A stretch of 64,000 nt of DNA from an uncultured Candidatus Saccharibacteria bacterium. GTDB lineage: Bacteria > Patescibacteriota > Minisyncoccia > Phycocordibacterales > UBA2100. This document shows, in pieces, positions 8,549-18,016 of the stretch (position 1 is its first letter; each line of letters starts with the position of its first letter). The DNA lies in the NCBI GenBank assembly GCA_964545165.1, contig CAZJEQ010000003.1, positions 52,990 through 116,989 on the forward strand. The letters run 5' to 3'. The notes under the pieces were generated by a model, which was given only the letters and a program-made list of their open reading frames with translations, did not search any database and was not told where the DNA came from. A program made the position numbers and the translations under genes.

Positions 8549-9949
8549 CTACTTGCGTACGTGCGCGCCCCACATCTTTCTCACAAAATGGAGCACCACC
8601 TCCAGCCCGCCGAGACCCAGGAGCAGGAGAAATGGCTCCGCTGGTATACGGTACCGTGTATACGCAATGACGCCGACCAAAATGGCGAGTACGCCGACAA
8701 TCGCACAGAAAAGGAGAACTTCAGGAAGTCGTTGGTCGCGACGCCAGAGTGCGACGAGGACCTGCAGCACGGCACCGGAACACACAAGCAACCAGAGTAT
8801 TCGTTCACCGGTAGTAAACGGGTGCGCAGCTAGTATGCCAATGACCGCGCCCACGTCGCCCGCGATCACCAGCCCCGAAAGACTCACCGCTGGCTCGCTT
8901 TCTTTCTGAAGGAGCGACATATTGACCAGCTCGCGCCCAGTGTCTGCAATGCTGCTGCCAATAAAGAGCGGTATGGTCTTTACGATATGAAAGAACGCGT
9001 ACGACGGAATGTGTCCGCCGATATACTCGTCGATGATCGCTGCTTCCTGTGCTTTATACGAGAACGACCGCAACACCCTCGTATCGCTCGTGCCCAGTCG
9101 CGCAAACAACTCATCTCGAAACGCATCCTTCGGTACGCCCTGCACCTCATGTTGATATTCGACCACATTATAAAAGAGCATGTTGTAGGTCGGTGCTGAG
9201 GTAAACGCGTACGAGCCACCCAAGTGGCCATTGCGTACGAGCCACGGGCCCGCGACCAAAAGCAGCCCGAGCATGAGGGCACCGCTTCCCCACAGACAGG
9301 CGACTCCGCTTTTTCTATGACGCCACAGGTAGTACGCCAGCATCAGTGGCAAGAGAAATTGTCCGACCGGGCGCGTCAGCGTCACAGCGCCAATGAGCAA
9401 TCCGATCATCAGTGCATGACGCAGCGACGGTGCGCCCCGCTCCGGCATGATCAAGATGTACACGCACACGACCAAGAGGAAGACGAAGAGTGATTCAGAG
9501 AGAACGGTGAGCGAGTGCAACATCACCGTCGGGTCGAAGGCGAAGATGAGCGCCGCCGCAACGCCCACGACGCGCGAGAAGAAGCGTACACCAAGCCGGT
9601 AGATGAGGATGCTCGTCGTGGCAATGAGTGCTATCTGCGCGAGTGCGACCACAATCACCGAATGAAAGATCGCTAGTATGATCGCGACAAATACTGGATA
9701 GCCGGGGATCCGAAAGAATTCTGGCGGGCCGTCGGGCGTGAGGACGAAGCGATGCTCAGAGAGCATCATCTGAGCGAGGGTGTAGTAATCATGCGCATCG
9801 CCCGTCGCGAGAAGTATCTCGGGTGAGATGCCTTTTCCCGCGCCCGTGATGAGCGCCCAGATCAGGACGCCCGTGTACACGACACACACTACGGCGGCGA
9901 TACCGACGTCGAGCCAATGCTGCGAGAGGTGTGCACGTAGCCGCTCCAT
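8549..9949 (-). CDS. GT-C (ArnT/PMT-2-like) membrane glycosyltransferase
   Basis: Polytopic; motifs GDAHDY, FRIPGYP, LSESLF, LTRP, PWLVRN and RYRIPAEP. Confidence 0.8.
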   Translation of the reverse strand: MERLRAHLSQHWLDVGIAAVVCVVYTGVLIWALITGAGKGISPEILLATGDAHDYYTLAQMMLSEHRFVLTPDGPPEFFRIPGYPVFVAIILAIFHSVIVVALAQIALIATTSILIYRLGVRFFSRVVGVAAALIFAFDPTVMLHSLTVLSESLFVFLLVVCVYILIMPERGAPSLRHALMIGLLIGAVTLTRPVGQFLLPLMLAYYLWRHRKSGVACLWGSGALMLGLLLVAGPWLVRNGHLGGSYAFTSAPTYNMLFYNVVEYQHEVQGVPKDAFRDELFARLGTSDTRVLRSFSYKAQEAAIIDEYIGGHIPSYAFFHIVKTIPLFIGSSIADTGRELVNMSLLQKESEPAVSLSGLVIAGDVGAVIGILAAHPFTTGERILWLLVCSGAVLQVLVALWRRDQRLPEVLLFCAIVGVLAILVGVIAYTRYRIPAEPFLLLLGLGGLEVVLHFVRKMWGAHVRK

Positions 9950-9957
9950 GAAGACGT

Positions 9958-11772
9958 TTATGCTTTGTGCCCAGCTTGCAGGGCGCGCATACGAGAAAGG
10001 TAGGACTCGGGATCAGCCAACATCGCCTGCGCTGGAGCGTGCTCTTTGATACACCCCTCTTCAATGACAACAATTTCGTCGGCATCGACGACAGTGGAGA
10101 TACGATGCGCAATAACCACAAGTGTCACTGAGCCGCGCAATCCTGCGATCACCGATGTAATCTGCTGCTCCAATTCAGAATCGAGCGTACTCGTGACCTC
10201 ATCAAGTACCAGAACTTGAGGGCTTCTTGCAAGTGCGCGTGCAATGGCGAGCCGTTGACGCTCGCCCCCTGAGAGCGTAGCACCCCTGTCTCCTAAGACA
10301 GTATCGAAACCTTCCGGTAGGCGCATGATGACATCGTGCACATGGGCCTGTTGTGCTGCTCGCTCGATATCAGCGTCAGAAACGTTGTTGTTAAAGAAGC
10401 GAATGTTGTCGCGGATCGACGCATGCATCAGAAATGCATCCTGTGATACATAGCTGACAGCACTGCGCCACTGCGAAAGACCTACGGTATTCGCAGGCCT
10501 CCCATCGATGAGTAATTTCCCACTTGACGGTTCAAAAAGGCGAAGTAGCACGTCTGCGATTGAAGTTTTACCGCTGCCCGAAGGGCCGACGATACCAATC
10601 ATAGAGCCGCGCGGGATACGCAGAGATACTCCCGCGAGCGCTTTCCGGTCAGCACCCATATACGCAAGTGAAACGTTGGAAAATTCAATGGCCTCATTGA
10701 AAGAAAATGCGTCACCGTCGCGCCTATCTTCTTCCCTGTGCATCGCAAGCTCCTTTTTGAAACTCACGACATTCTCGGCAAACGGAACAAATTCCACGAT
10801 GGAGAAAAACGCTCCTTGAGTCGACTCCAAATAGACAAAGATCTTTTGTACAAGATAGATCGTAGCGGCAAAAGAAGCGAGATTAAATGACGCGCTGGTA
10901 TAGCTGATTGCAAACAGCACCATCACGAATACAAAACTAGCTGGCTGAATAAACACTGAACTCAGGAGCTTCACCACAGAGGCACGCTGTGCCGTGTCGC
11001 GCAGAAGCGTAATTTCTTCTTGCGAAGCATGCGCCACCTTCTCCACCGTCGCAGATGCTTTAATCGATTTAAAACCCTGCATATACTCGCCAATTCGATG
11101 GGAAAAGGTCTTTTCAGCTTGCGCAGTCTGCCTGCCGAGCACGCGCGCACGCATGATCAGCGGCCGAAGCGTTAAGAGAAGCGTGGTTCCTACGCCTAGT
11201 GTGATCAACGTAACGAGCGGAGAAATATTGACCGCTACGACCAAATAAATTACCGCCCCTGTAGAAGACTGCAGAAATTGCACAACAGAGTCGAGCAATT
11301 GCGTTGTTCGCTTGGCGTCCCAAAAAATCGTATTTTGCAGATGCCCCGCTTTCTGGCCCACTACAAAACCCCATGATGTATCTAAAGTACCTCGCAGGAG
11401 CGTACCGATTTCGCGCGCAAAGAAACTGGTACTAATGCGCGTGCGGATCAATGTAAAGCAGGCAAGAGCGATTGCTCTACTGAAAATCAGCAGCATTACA
11501 AATATGAGCAGGTATCGAAATTTATATTCGATACCTATGAGGGCAAAGAGTCCCTGAATGGTCTTCGAGACGACATCTGTCGGATTCCCTTCCCCGATCA
11601 AAAATGACAGCAACGGCACGATTGCATTGATGCTGAGGGCATCGAGAATCGCACTAAAAATCGCCACGCCACCGAGCACCCACAGGTGCACTCGGTAATC
11701 GCGGAAATTCTCTCGGAGCACGGAAAACATGCCACGCGGTACCTCGGGTAATAGATTAGTTCGTATCTGCAT
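9958..11772 (-). CDS. ABC transporter permease/ATPase (MsbA/PglK-like glycan flippase)
   Basis: N-terminal TM domain; Walker A GPSGSGKT, signature LSGGERQR, Walker B VLVLDE and H-loop IAHR. Confidence 0.88.
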   Translation of the reverse strand: MQIRTNLLPEVPRGMFSVLRENFRDYRVHLWVLGGVAIFSAILDALSINAIVPLLSFLIGEGNPTDVVSKTIQGLFALIGIEYKFRYLLIFVMLLIFSRAIALACFTLIRTRISTSFFAREIGTLLRGTLDTSWGFVVGQKAGHLQNTIFWDAKRTTQLLDSVVQFLQSSTGAVIYLVVAVNISPLVTLITLGVGTTLLLTLRPLIMRARVLGRQTAQAEKTFSHRIGEYMQGFKSIKASATVEKVAHASQEEITLLRDTAQRASVVKLLSSVFIQPASFVFVMVLFAISYTSASFNLASFAATIYLVQKIFVYLESTQGAFFSIVEFVPFAENVVSFKKELAMHREEDRRDGDAFSFNEAIEFSNVSLAYMGADRKALAGVSLRIPRGSMIGIVGPSGSGKTSIADVLLRLFEPSSGKLLIDGRPANTVGLSQWRSAVSYVSQDAFLMHASIRDNIRFFNNNVSDADIERAAQQAHVHDVIMRLPEGFDTVLGDRGATLSGGERQRLAIARALARSPQVLVLDEVTSTLDSELEQQITSVIAGLRGSVTLVVIAHRISTVVDADEIVVIEEGCIKEHAPAQAMLADPESYLSRMRALQAGHKA

Positions 11773-11795
11773 AGATGCTCTGGAGGTGCTGTCTG

Positions 11796-12551
11796 TTATG
11801 TCACAAGAGGCTCTCGCTGTCGAATGTCGGCGTTGACCGCGACGATGTCGGGCCTCGTCTTCAGAAATTGTACGACATCCTCAGCGGAAAAATCGGCGTT
11901 GCGCGGATAAAGCGCTTCGTAGATCATGGAAATCACTTCGTAATCCTCCGGCGTGTCGAGTGTAAGCCGCAATGTGGGCCACCGCATATCTCCACGCGCC
12001 TCCCAGTTCTCGAGTTTGAAAAGCTGAGGATGAGAGCGAATCGAGTAGCCCGCATGCTCACGATAGGCGGCCTCAGTATCTTCTGCAGCTGCACGTTTGA
12101 GGCTCGAAAATTTATAGCACCGCACATCAAAACCGACGGGAAATGTCGCAACAAATTCGTTGCTGGCACAATCCGCATCGCGCCCATCAAGCAGCTCTAT
12201 CGCAGTATCGAGCAATCTCCAATCAACAAGTGGCGAGTCTGCCATACCCTGCACCAACACCTCAGCTCCGTATGTCTCTCCCGCCCCTACAACGCGACTC
12301 AATACATCGTCCTCGCTCCCGCGAACATACGCACAGCCCATGGCCTCGCACAGTGCGACGACACTATCATCGGCAGCGTTGGTCGTCGTCGCAACCACGA
12401 CCTCATCTGTATATCGACTGCGTCGATGGCGCTCGATCATGTGTGCCATTACTGGCTTCTGACAGAGGGGCATCATGATTTTGCCCGGAAGTCGGGTCGA
12501 TGTCATGCGCCCTTCAATGGTCGCCACGACTCGTTTGCCGCTAATTGCCAT
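11796..12551 (-). CDS. SpsF-like cytidylyltransferase (candidate CMP-nonulosonate synthetase)
   Basis: Motifs IEGRMTSTRLPGKIM, VVVATT, RGSEDDVLSR and RLTLDTPEDY. Start trimmed to MAISGK at 12551. Confidence 0.85.
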   Translation of the reverse strand: MAISGKRVVATIEGRMTSTRLPGKIMMPLCQKPVMAHMIERHRRSRYTDEVVVATTTNAADDSVVALCEAMGCAYVRGSEDDVLSRVVGAGETYGAEVLVQGMADSPLVDWRLLDTAIELLDGRDADCASNEFVATFPVGFDVRCYKFSSLKRAAAEDTEAAYREHAGYSIRSHPQLFKLENWEARGDMRWPTLRLTLDTPEDYEVISMIYEALYPRNADFSAEDVVQFLKTRPDIVAVNADIRQREPLVT

Positions 12552-13761
12552 AAAACGCAATCGTCTTTTTGAGAATCTCCGCCTGCTGCTCCGCACGCTC
12601 CCACTCCCAGTAGTTTGTTTTGAATGCCAGAATTTGCTTCTGCACCCGCTCAGCAACTGGACACAAGCCCTCCTGGAATTTTTGCATCGTACCGCTGTAG
12701 GTCTTTTCGAAAACACGTTCTTTGCCGCCGAAATTGATACTCGCCTCCTGATACATAGGCTCTTGGTATGAAAGCCGCCACGCGGCATAAATACCATCAC
12801 CGCCGAATTCGATAAACTTCTGGCGAAAATCGGTCCAAGCGAGACGCGGATGCACGAGCCGCACGGCGAATGACCAGTAGGAGTGTCCACAATGTGCTGG
12901 CGCGACCTGTGGCTTCAACCACGAGCATGCACCGATTGTCGCGGTCAAGAGATTCGCGACATCGATACGTCGCTGCACGAGCTCATCGAGATGCTCGAGT
13001 TGTCCCAGTGCAACCGCCGCGCAGAGCTCCGACATGCGGTAGTTGTAGCCCATTTGTGAATGGCGCGCGTAATTCGGATTTTGTATATCATCCTTCGTAA
13101 TGATGCCCTTTGCACGTGATACGCTCCGATACCCGAGTACGGAAAACCGGCGCACGTCATCTGCCATATCAGCATCGTTCGTACAGACGACTCCTCCCTC
13201 ACCTGCTGTCATGTGCTTCGTAGACTGCAAGCTAAAGCTCGACAGGTGACCGATTGAACCAACCATGCGCCCCTTGTAGGTACCGAGAAAACACTCCGCA
13301 GTGTCTTCAATGACCTTGATGCCATGCTTTTCAGCAATCGCCATAATCTCATCCATTTCAGGCGCAAGACCGTAGAGCGCGACCGGCATGATTGCCTTGG
13401 TCCGCGGTGTAATCAACTTCTCTATCGACTTCGGGTCTATCTGAAAGGTATCCTCGACAACGTCCGCGAAAACCGGTACCGCATCCGCGTGCATGATGGA
13501 CATACACGTTGAGGCCATCGTCAACGGTGTGGTAATCACTTCATCACCAGGGCGCACGCCCGCAGCATAAAGCGCCGAGTGCAGTGTTGCAGTGCCGTTG
13601 GTATGCGCTATCGCGTAGCCCACCTGAAATTTCTGAGCAAAGGCCGCTTCAAACCTGCCAAGCATTCTGCTCGGGCGGGAATTAGAGAAATCCGATGCCA
13701 GCACTTCTTCGACATAGGCTCGCTCCCTCTCACCGATACGCTGTATGCGAGCGGTATTCAT
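12541..13761 (-). CDS. DegT/DnrJ/EryC1/StrS PLP-dependent sugar aminotransferase (PseC-like role)
   Basis: Motifs NGTATLH, VIEDTAE, SFSLQSTKHMTAGEGG and GYNYRMSEL. Confidence 0.92.
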   Translation of the reverse strand: MNTARIQRIGERERAYVEEVLASDFSNSRPSRMLGRFEAAFAQKFQVGYAIAHTNGTATLHSALYAAGVRPGDEVITTPLTMASTCMSIMHADAVPVFADVVEDTFQIDPKSIEKLITPRTKAIMPVALYGLAPEMDEIMAIAEKHGIKVIEDTAECFLGTYKGRMVGSIGHLSSFSLQSTKHMTAGEGGVVCTNDADMADDVRRFSVLGYRSVSRAKGIITKDDIQNPNYARHSQMGYNYRMSELCAAVALGQLEHLDELVQRRIDVANLLTATIGACSWLKPQVAPAHCGHSYWSFAVRLVHPRLAWTDFRQKFIEFGGDGIYAAWRLSYQEPMYQEASINFGGKERVFEKTYSGTMQKFQEGLCPVAERVQKQILAFKTNYWEWERAEQQAEILKKTIAFYGN

Positions 13762-13839
13762 GTGGTCACGATATCACACGGCATCTGCATAAAAAAGAGT
13801 CGCACCACGCGCTGCATCTACAACATGGAATGAGACAGC

Positions 13840-14421
13840 TCAATAGCGTAGTTCGGGGGCCGCACTGTATCCGGGACGGAGCGCGAGATGGCGGTGTACA
13901 TTAAAGCCGTTTTTATTCACGCCAACGGGATCCTCATAGCGCCCGACGTAGACACGGTCGCCATTATGATCTCGATCTGACGTCCAAAGAAAATCATGTT
14001 TCCACAGGATTTCTTTATGGAGCGCATGCCAGGCGAAAAAAGTCAGGGCACAGGTAACGGCGCTCGGGAATCGTTCGTTTAATAGCGCGAATTCAATATC
14101 TGCGGGATCTTTTGCGCGCGCATCCTCAAGGACATCTTTACGCACGAGATGCCATTTTCCATCCGGTGGAGTATTTGCAAAATCTTCCTTGAGATACCAA
14201 TCTTGATTGTACATGCACGGCTCTTGTGTCGACGGATCCACCCCGAAGATGTCCCTCATCGAGACCAGCGTCAGCTGCGTAAGTGACGGAGTATAGATCA
14301 AAATATGAGTTGATTCATGCTGGGCTATAGTCTCCGTGGAAAAGGGACTCTCGGGTGCGATGATCACTTCTCCCGCGAGAGCGGGAAGCACGTGTAACTC
14401 CTCTGGACCGATGATATTCAT
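13840..14421 (-). CDS. Hypothetical protein in the nonulosonate cluster
   Basis: 193-aa ORF with an ATGA overlap to the upstream gene; no motif recognised. Confidence 0.75.
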   Translation of the reverse strand: MNIIGPEELHVLPALAGEVIIAPESPFSTETIAQHESTHILIYTPSLTQLTLVSMRDIFGVDPSTQEPCMYNQDWYLKEDFANTPPDGKWHLVRKDVLEDARAKDPADIEFALLNERFPSAVTCALTFFAWHALHKEILWKHDFLWTSDRDHNGDRVYVGRYEDPVGVNKNGFNVHRHLALRPGYSAAPELRY

Positions 14422-14987
14422 AGCACTGAGAGGTATGCAATGCCCTCTTCATACGAGGCGACATCGCCTTTTTGCTGATATAGCTCAATCCTATCAAACT
14501 CCTGTGGCAGCCGTGATCGACGCGTGCCCCACGGCAGCACTTCATCCATCGAAAGCGGCGCGGGAGCATTGATCAGCCTGAGGGTCAGCGATGCATCATG
14601 CATGGCTTTCACAAATGTGAGGTACGCACGCCATTGATGATGCGGCGACGTCACGATCAAGAGCGCCTTCCAGCCTTCTTGCTGTGCGAGCTGCATAGCA
14701 CGCTCTGCTTCAGCGCGAGTATGGGGTGCGACTTCTTCAAAATAGAGTGCTGCATCCGGGAGTCCGAGCTCCAGCATCTTGCTGCGTACTTCGCGCGACG
14801 GGTAACTTCCGTAGGAGCGATCGTCCGCACTCCCAACGAGCGCAACCCGGGGCGCTAATCCTTGCCGAAATAGATCGACCGCATGGGGTGCTCGGAAAAG
14901 CCCATCACCTTGAAGCAAGAAAATAACATCACCTGCGCGCACGGGCTGCTGCTGCAAAAGCGATACAAACGTATCCTTCGGACTCAT
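14418..14987 (-). CDS. YdcF/DUF218 family protein
   Basis: Pattern R...A..LF..G.AP, HTRAEA and LIVTSPHHQWRA; ATGA overlaps on both sides. Confidence 0.8.
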   Translation of the reverse strand: MSPKDTFVSLLQQQPVRAGDVIFLLQGDGLFRAPHAVDLFRQGLAPRVALVGSADDRSYGSYPSREVRSKMLELGLPDAALYFEEVAPHTRAEAERAMQLAQQEGWKALLIVTSPHHQWRAYLTFVKAMHDASLTLRLINAPAPLSMDEVLPWGTRRSRLPQEFDRIELYQQKGDVASYEEGIAYLSVL

Positions 14988-16075
14988 GCAATATCTTCCC
15001 AGCGGATTGGGTCTCCGCTTTTCAGAGCACGCTTGACGCGTTTGCCCACGAGTGTCTGTTTATACTTGGGATAGATGCCGAGTGCCGGACGAAGCTCTAT
15101 CATATCGGCAACTTCGATGATCGTATTCGCCGCGATGTCACGGGCAGCGGTGAGACCGCGTCGCTGCACGATGACGGTCTCGGATTCTTCCGCGACTACG
15201 TCTTTCTTCCCGGTTCCCATTGCCGCCTCCAGATTGCGTGTACGCTCGATCATTCGTGCAAACTCGTGAGGTTCCATGGAGTGCGGATGATCTGGTCCCT
15301 TGAGCGTGCGGTCGAGCGTAAAATGCTTCTCTATGACTCGAGCGCCCCGTGTTACAGCACCGAGCGGCACCACGTCATCCGGTGTGTGGTCCGAATAGCC
15401 GAGAATGGCACCGAAGGCCTCTCGGTACGTATTGAGCACATTAATATTGGCACTCTCAAACTTCGAAGGATAATTCGTAATGCATTGCATGAGAACGAGA
15501 TCTTTGTTGCCCGTCTTCTCTATGGTGCGTACTGCCTCATCCACTTCGGCGAGCGTGGAGGCGCCAGTTGCCAACATAACGGGCTTCCCCTTCCGAGCAA
15601 CATACTCGATCATTTCGAGCCACGTGATGTCGCCTGAGCCGATTTTATAGAACTCAATACCAATCTCATCAACAAGGTCAACCGCCTCGTAGTCATACGC
15701 AGCGGTCGAAGGTGTGATGCCAATTTCCCAGCAGTATTCGAAAAATGCCTTATGCCAGTCGCGTGGGAATTCTACTTCAGCAAACACCTCATCGACCGGG
15801 CGCTTCCATGAGCCATGCACCCCCTTAAGATCCATGGTCGCAAATGCTTCGCGAGAAACAATCTTCTTAGCTTTGAAGCTCTGAATCTTGGCACAGTCTG
15901 CACCGACGCGCTTCGCCTCGCGCGCGTATTCTTTTGCTTTTTCAAGATTGCCATCAAAATTCGCACCGATCTCGGCGATAAAGTACGTCGGTGCCCCCTC
16001 GCCAATGGTTTTTGATCCAACCGAAATTTGTTGTGCAAATCCCGTGTCGTGTGGCTTATTATTCATGCGTTTCAA
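14984..16075 (-). CDS. N-acetylneuraminate/pseudaminate synthase family protein (NeuB/PseI/SpsE) with C-terminal SAF domain
   Basis: Motifs IAEIGAN, KIGSGD, LATG, QCITNYP, GYSDHT and IEKHFTLDR..GPDH. Confidence 0.92.
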   Translation of the reverse strand: MKRMNNKPHDTGFAQQISVGSKTIGEGAPTYFIAEIGANFDGNLEKAKEYAREAKRVGADCAKIQSFKAKKIVSREAFATMDLKGVHGSWKRPVDEVFAEVEFPRDWHKAFFEYCWEIGITPSTAAYDYEAVDLVDEIGIEFYKIGSGDITWLEMIEYVARKGKPVMLATGASTLAEVDEAVRTIEKTGNKDLVLMQCITNYPSKFESANINVLNTYREAFGAILGYSDHTPDDVVPLGAVTRGARVIEKHFTLDRTLKGPDHPHSMEPHEFARMIERTRNLEAAMGTGKKDVVAEESETVIVQRRGLTAARDIAANTIIEVADMIELRPALGIYPKYKQTLVGKRVKRALKSGDPIRWEDIA

Positions 16076-17057
16076 GCGTCGCCAAGAGCTTCCTCATGTC
16101 CTTTTCGGAGAGGATTTGTTCGTTAGTATCACTGTAATATTCAAACCCTTCAGGCAATTTCTTCGCACCCGCGTATTTTTTCATGTCGTAATTGATCTCT
16201 TGCAGTGATGGTGAAAAGACAACATATCGATCACTCATTTCATACGCAATTCGTCCTTCTTCTTTCGTAACTAAGCACTCATGCAATTTCTCTCCCGGTC
16301 GAATACCAACAATTCGACACGTGGCCTCAGGCGCGATGGTTTTGGCAAGATCAACTAATTTCATAGAGGGAATCTTTGGTACGAACATTTCGCCGCCCTG
16401 CATAATCTCAAGACTCGTGAGTACCAGGTCCACGGCATCTGAGAGTGTGATCCAGAAGCGCGTCATACGCTCATCTGTAATCGTCAGCTCCCCCTTCGCC
16501 TTCTGCATTTGGAAAAGTGGAATCACGGAGCCGCGACTTCCCATGACATTACCGTACCGCACGACGGAGAACGCAGTCTGACGATGCCCACGATAACTAT
16601 TAGATTGCACAAAGAGTCTATCGGAACAGAGTTTTGTGGCGCCATACAGATTCACCGGGCTCGCCGCCTTGTCGGTAGAAAGTGCAATAACACGTGGGAT
16701 GTTATTGTCGAGCGCGGCATTGATAACATTCATTGCGCCGTCAACATTGGTCTTGATCGCTTCCATCGGATTGTATTCGCAGGCAGGCACCTGCTTCATT
16801 GCAGCGGCGTGGATGATGATGTCGACACCTTCGCTCGCGCGACGCACTCGTGCTGCGTCGCGCACATCACCAACAAGAAAACGCAGCTTTGGTGAATCAT
16901 TGAATTCACGCTGCATATTCCACTGTTTCAACTCGTCGCGACTGAACACGCGAATCACTTTTGGATTGTGCTCTTCGAGGAGTTTCTTGACGCACGCACG
17001 ACCAAATGATCCCGTGCCTCCAGTAATTAGGATGGTTTTACCATCAACAATCGACAT
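16059..17057 (-). CDS. pseB: UDP-N-acetylglucosamine 4,6-dehydratase (inverting)
   Basis: Motifs TGGTGSFG, SRDELKQ, AAMKQVPACEYNP, STDKA, YGATK, RYGNVMGSRGSV, MTRFWI and GIRPGEKLHE. Confidence 0.93.
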   Translation of the reverse strand: MSIVDGKTILITGGTGSFGRACVKKLLEEHNPKVIRVFSRDELKQWNMQREFNDSPKLRFLVGDVRDAARVRRASEGVDIIIHAAAMKQVPACEYNPMEAIKTNVDGAMNVINAALDNNIPRVIALSTDKAASPVNLYGATKLCSDRLFVQSNSYRGHRQTAFSVVRYGNVMGSRGSVIPLFQMQKAKGELTITDERMTRFWITLSDAVDLVLTSLEIMQGGEMFVPKIPSMKLVDLAKTIAPEATCRIVGIRPGEKLHECLVTKEEGRIAYEMSDRYVVFSPSLQEINYDMKKYAGAKKLPEGFEYYSDTNEQILSEKDMRKLLATLETHE

Positions 17058-17113
17058 ACCGCGCGACTATACCACGCGATAGACTACCTGGGAACAGGTG
17101 CTGCATGTGTGCA

Positions 17114-17929
17114 TCATGCCGTCGCAGAGAGTCCCGAGATAACCGGGGGTATCTCATGGGTGAGGTCGCCTCGTATATATGCGTCTACCATATCGTTATT
17201 GAAGAGATCATAGATGACCCTGAGATGCTCGGGTCGAAAGTCTGCCTCTCGATAGAGTCGGCCCGCAGAACGCTGCTCATGAGCCTCGAAACTCCCGTCG
17301 AGTACGCGCTTCTTCAAAAGCGCCACCATGTCACGGCTCGATTGGACAACGGTCTTACACGCCACATCGTGAATACCGTCACCGGCTTCCAGGACAGGCA
17401 GTGATTGATGGATGATGGCACCCGCGTCCGCTGCAGCGACAATTTGATGAATAGTTGCGCCACAATACTGCGGCTGCATATTATAGAAAGGCCAGAACAG
17501 CGTCGCGGCTCCGCGATACCATGGCGAGAGACCCAGATGCAGATTCACGCGATCACGGGGGAGTGCGGCGAGTACCGGATCCTTGATAAGCATGGTCCCG
17601 AAAATAACGACAACATCTGGTGCGCACGACGTCACGAATGACGCGGTTTCAGCAGTGTTGAGTGAGGCTGGGGTACAGTAACGCACCGGTGTAGAAGTAA
17701 AAACCGACTGAGCGGTACGATCTCCGAAGTACTTCTTCTCCGCAATGACACGGTCCTCAAAATGACGCACGAAATTTTGAAGATCATGCGCAGAGATATT
17801 CGGCGGCGGTGTCGGAGACATGTGCTCGCGCTGCATGCACACTACACCGCACACCTCTACGGCATCGAGAATAGCTTTATGGAAGGCCACGTGCCTCCGG
17901 TGGTCGCCTGAAAAAAGGAGGACTTTCAC
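17114..17929 (-). CDS. Formyltransferase family protein (probable sugar N-formyltransferase)
   Basis: Motifs NLHLGLSPWYRG and GATIH....DAG; GTG start with TAGAGT upstream. Confidence 0.8.
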   Translation of the reverse strand: MKVLLFSGDHRRHVAFHKAILDAVEVCGVVCMQREHMSPTPPPNISAHDLQNFVRHFEDRVIAEKKYFGDRTAQSVFTSTPVRYCTPASLNTAETASFVTSCAPDVVVIFGTMLIKDPVLAALPRDRVNLHLGLSPWYRGAATLFWPFYNMQPQYCGATIHQIVAAADAGAIIHQSLPVLEAGDGIHDVACKTVVQSSRDMVALLKKRVLDGSFEAHEQRSAGRLYREADFRPEHLRVIYDLFNNDMVDAYIRGDLTHEIPPVISGLSATA

Positions 17930-18016
17930 CTCCGTACTCTATAGCGTGCCGTACATGCGCGCAACATGCCAAAGTGCTAGAATGCTGGTCACATACGGCT
18001 CCAGCCTCGCACCATC

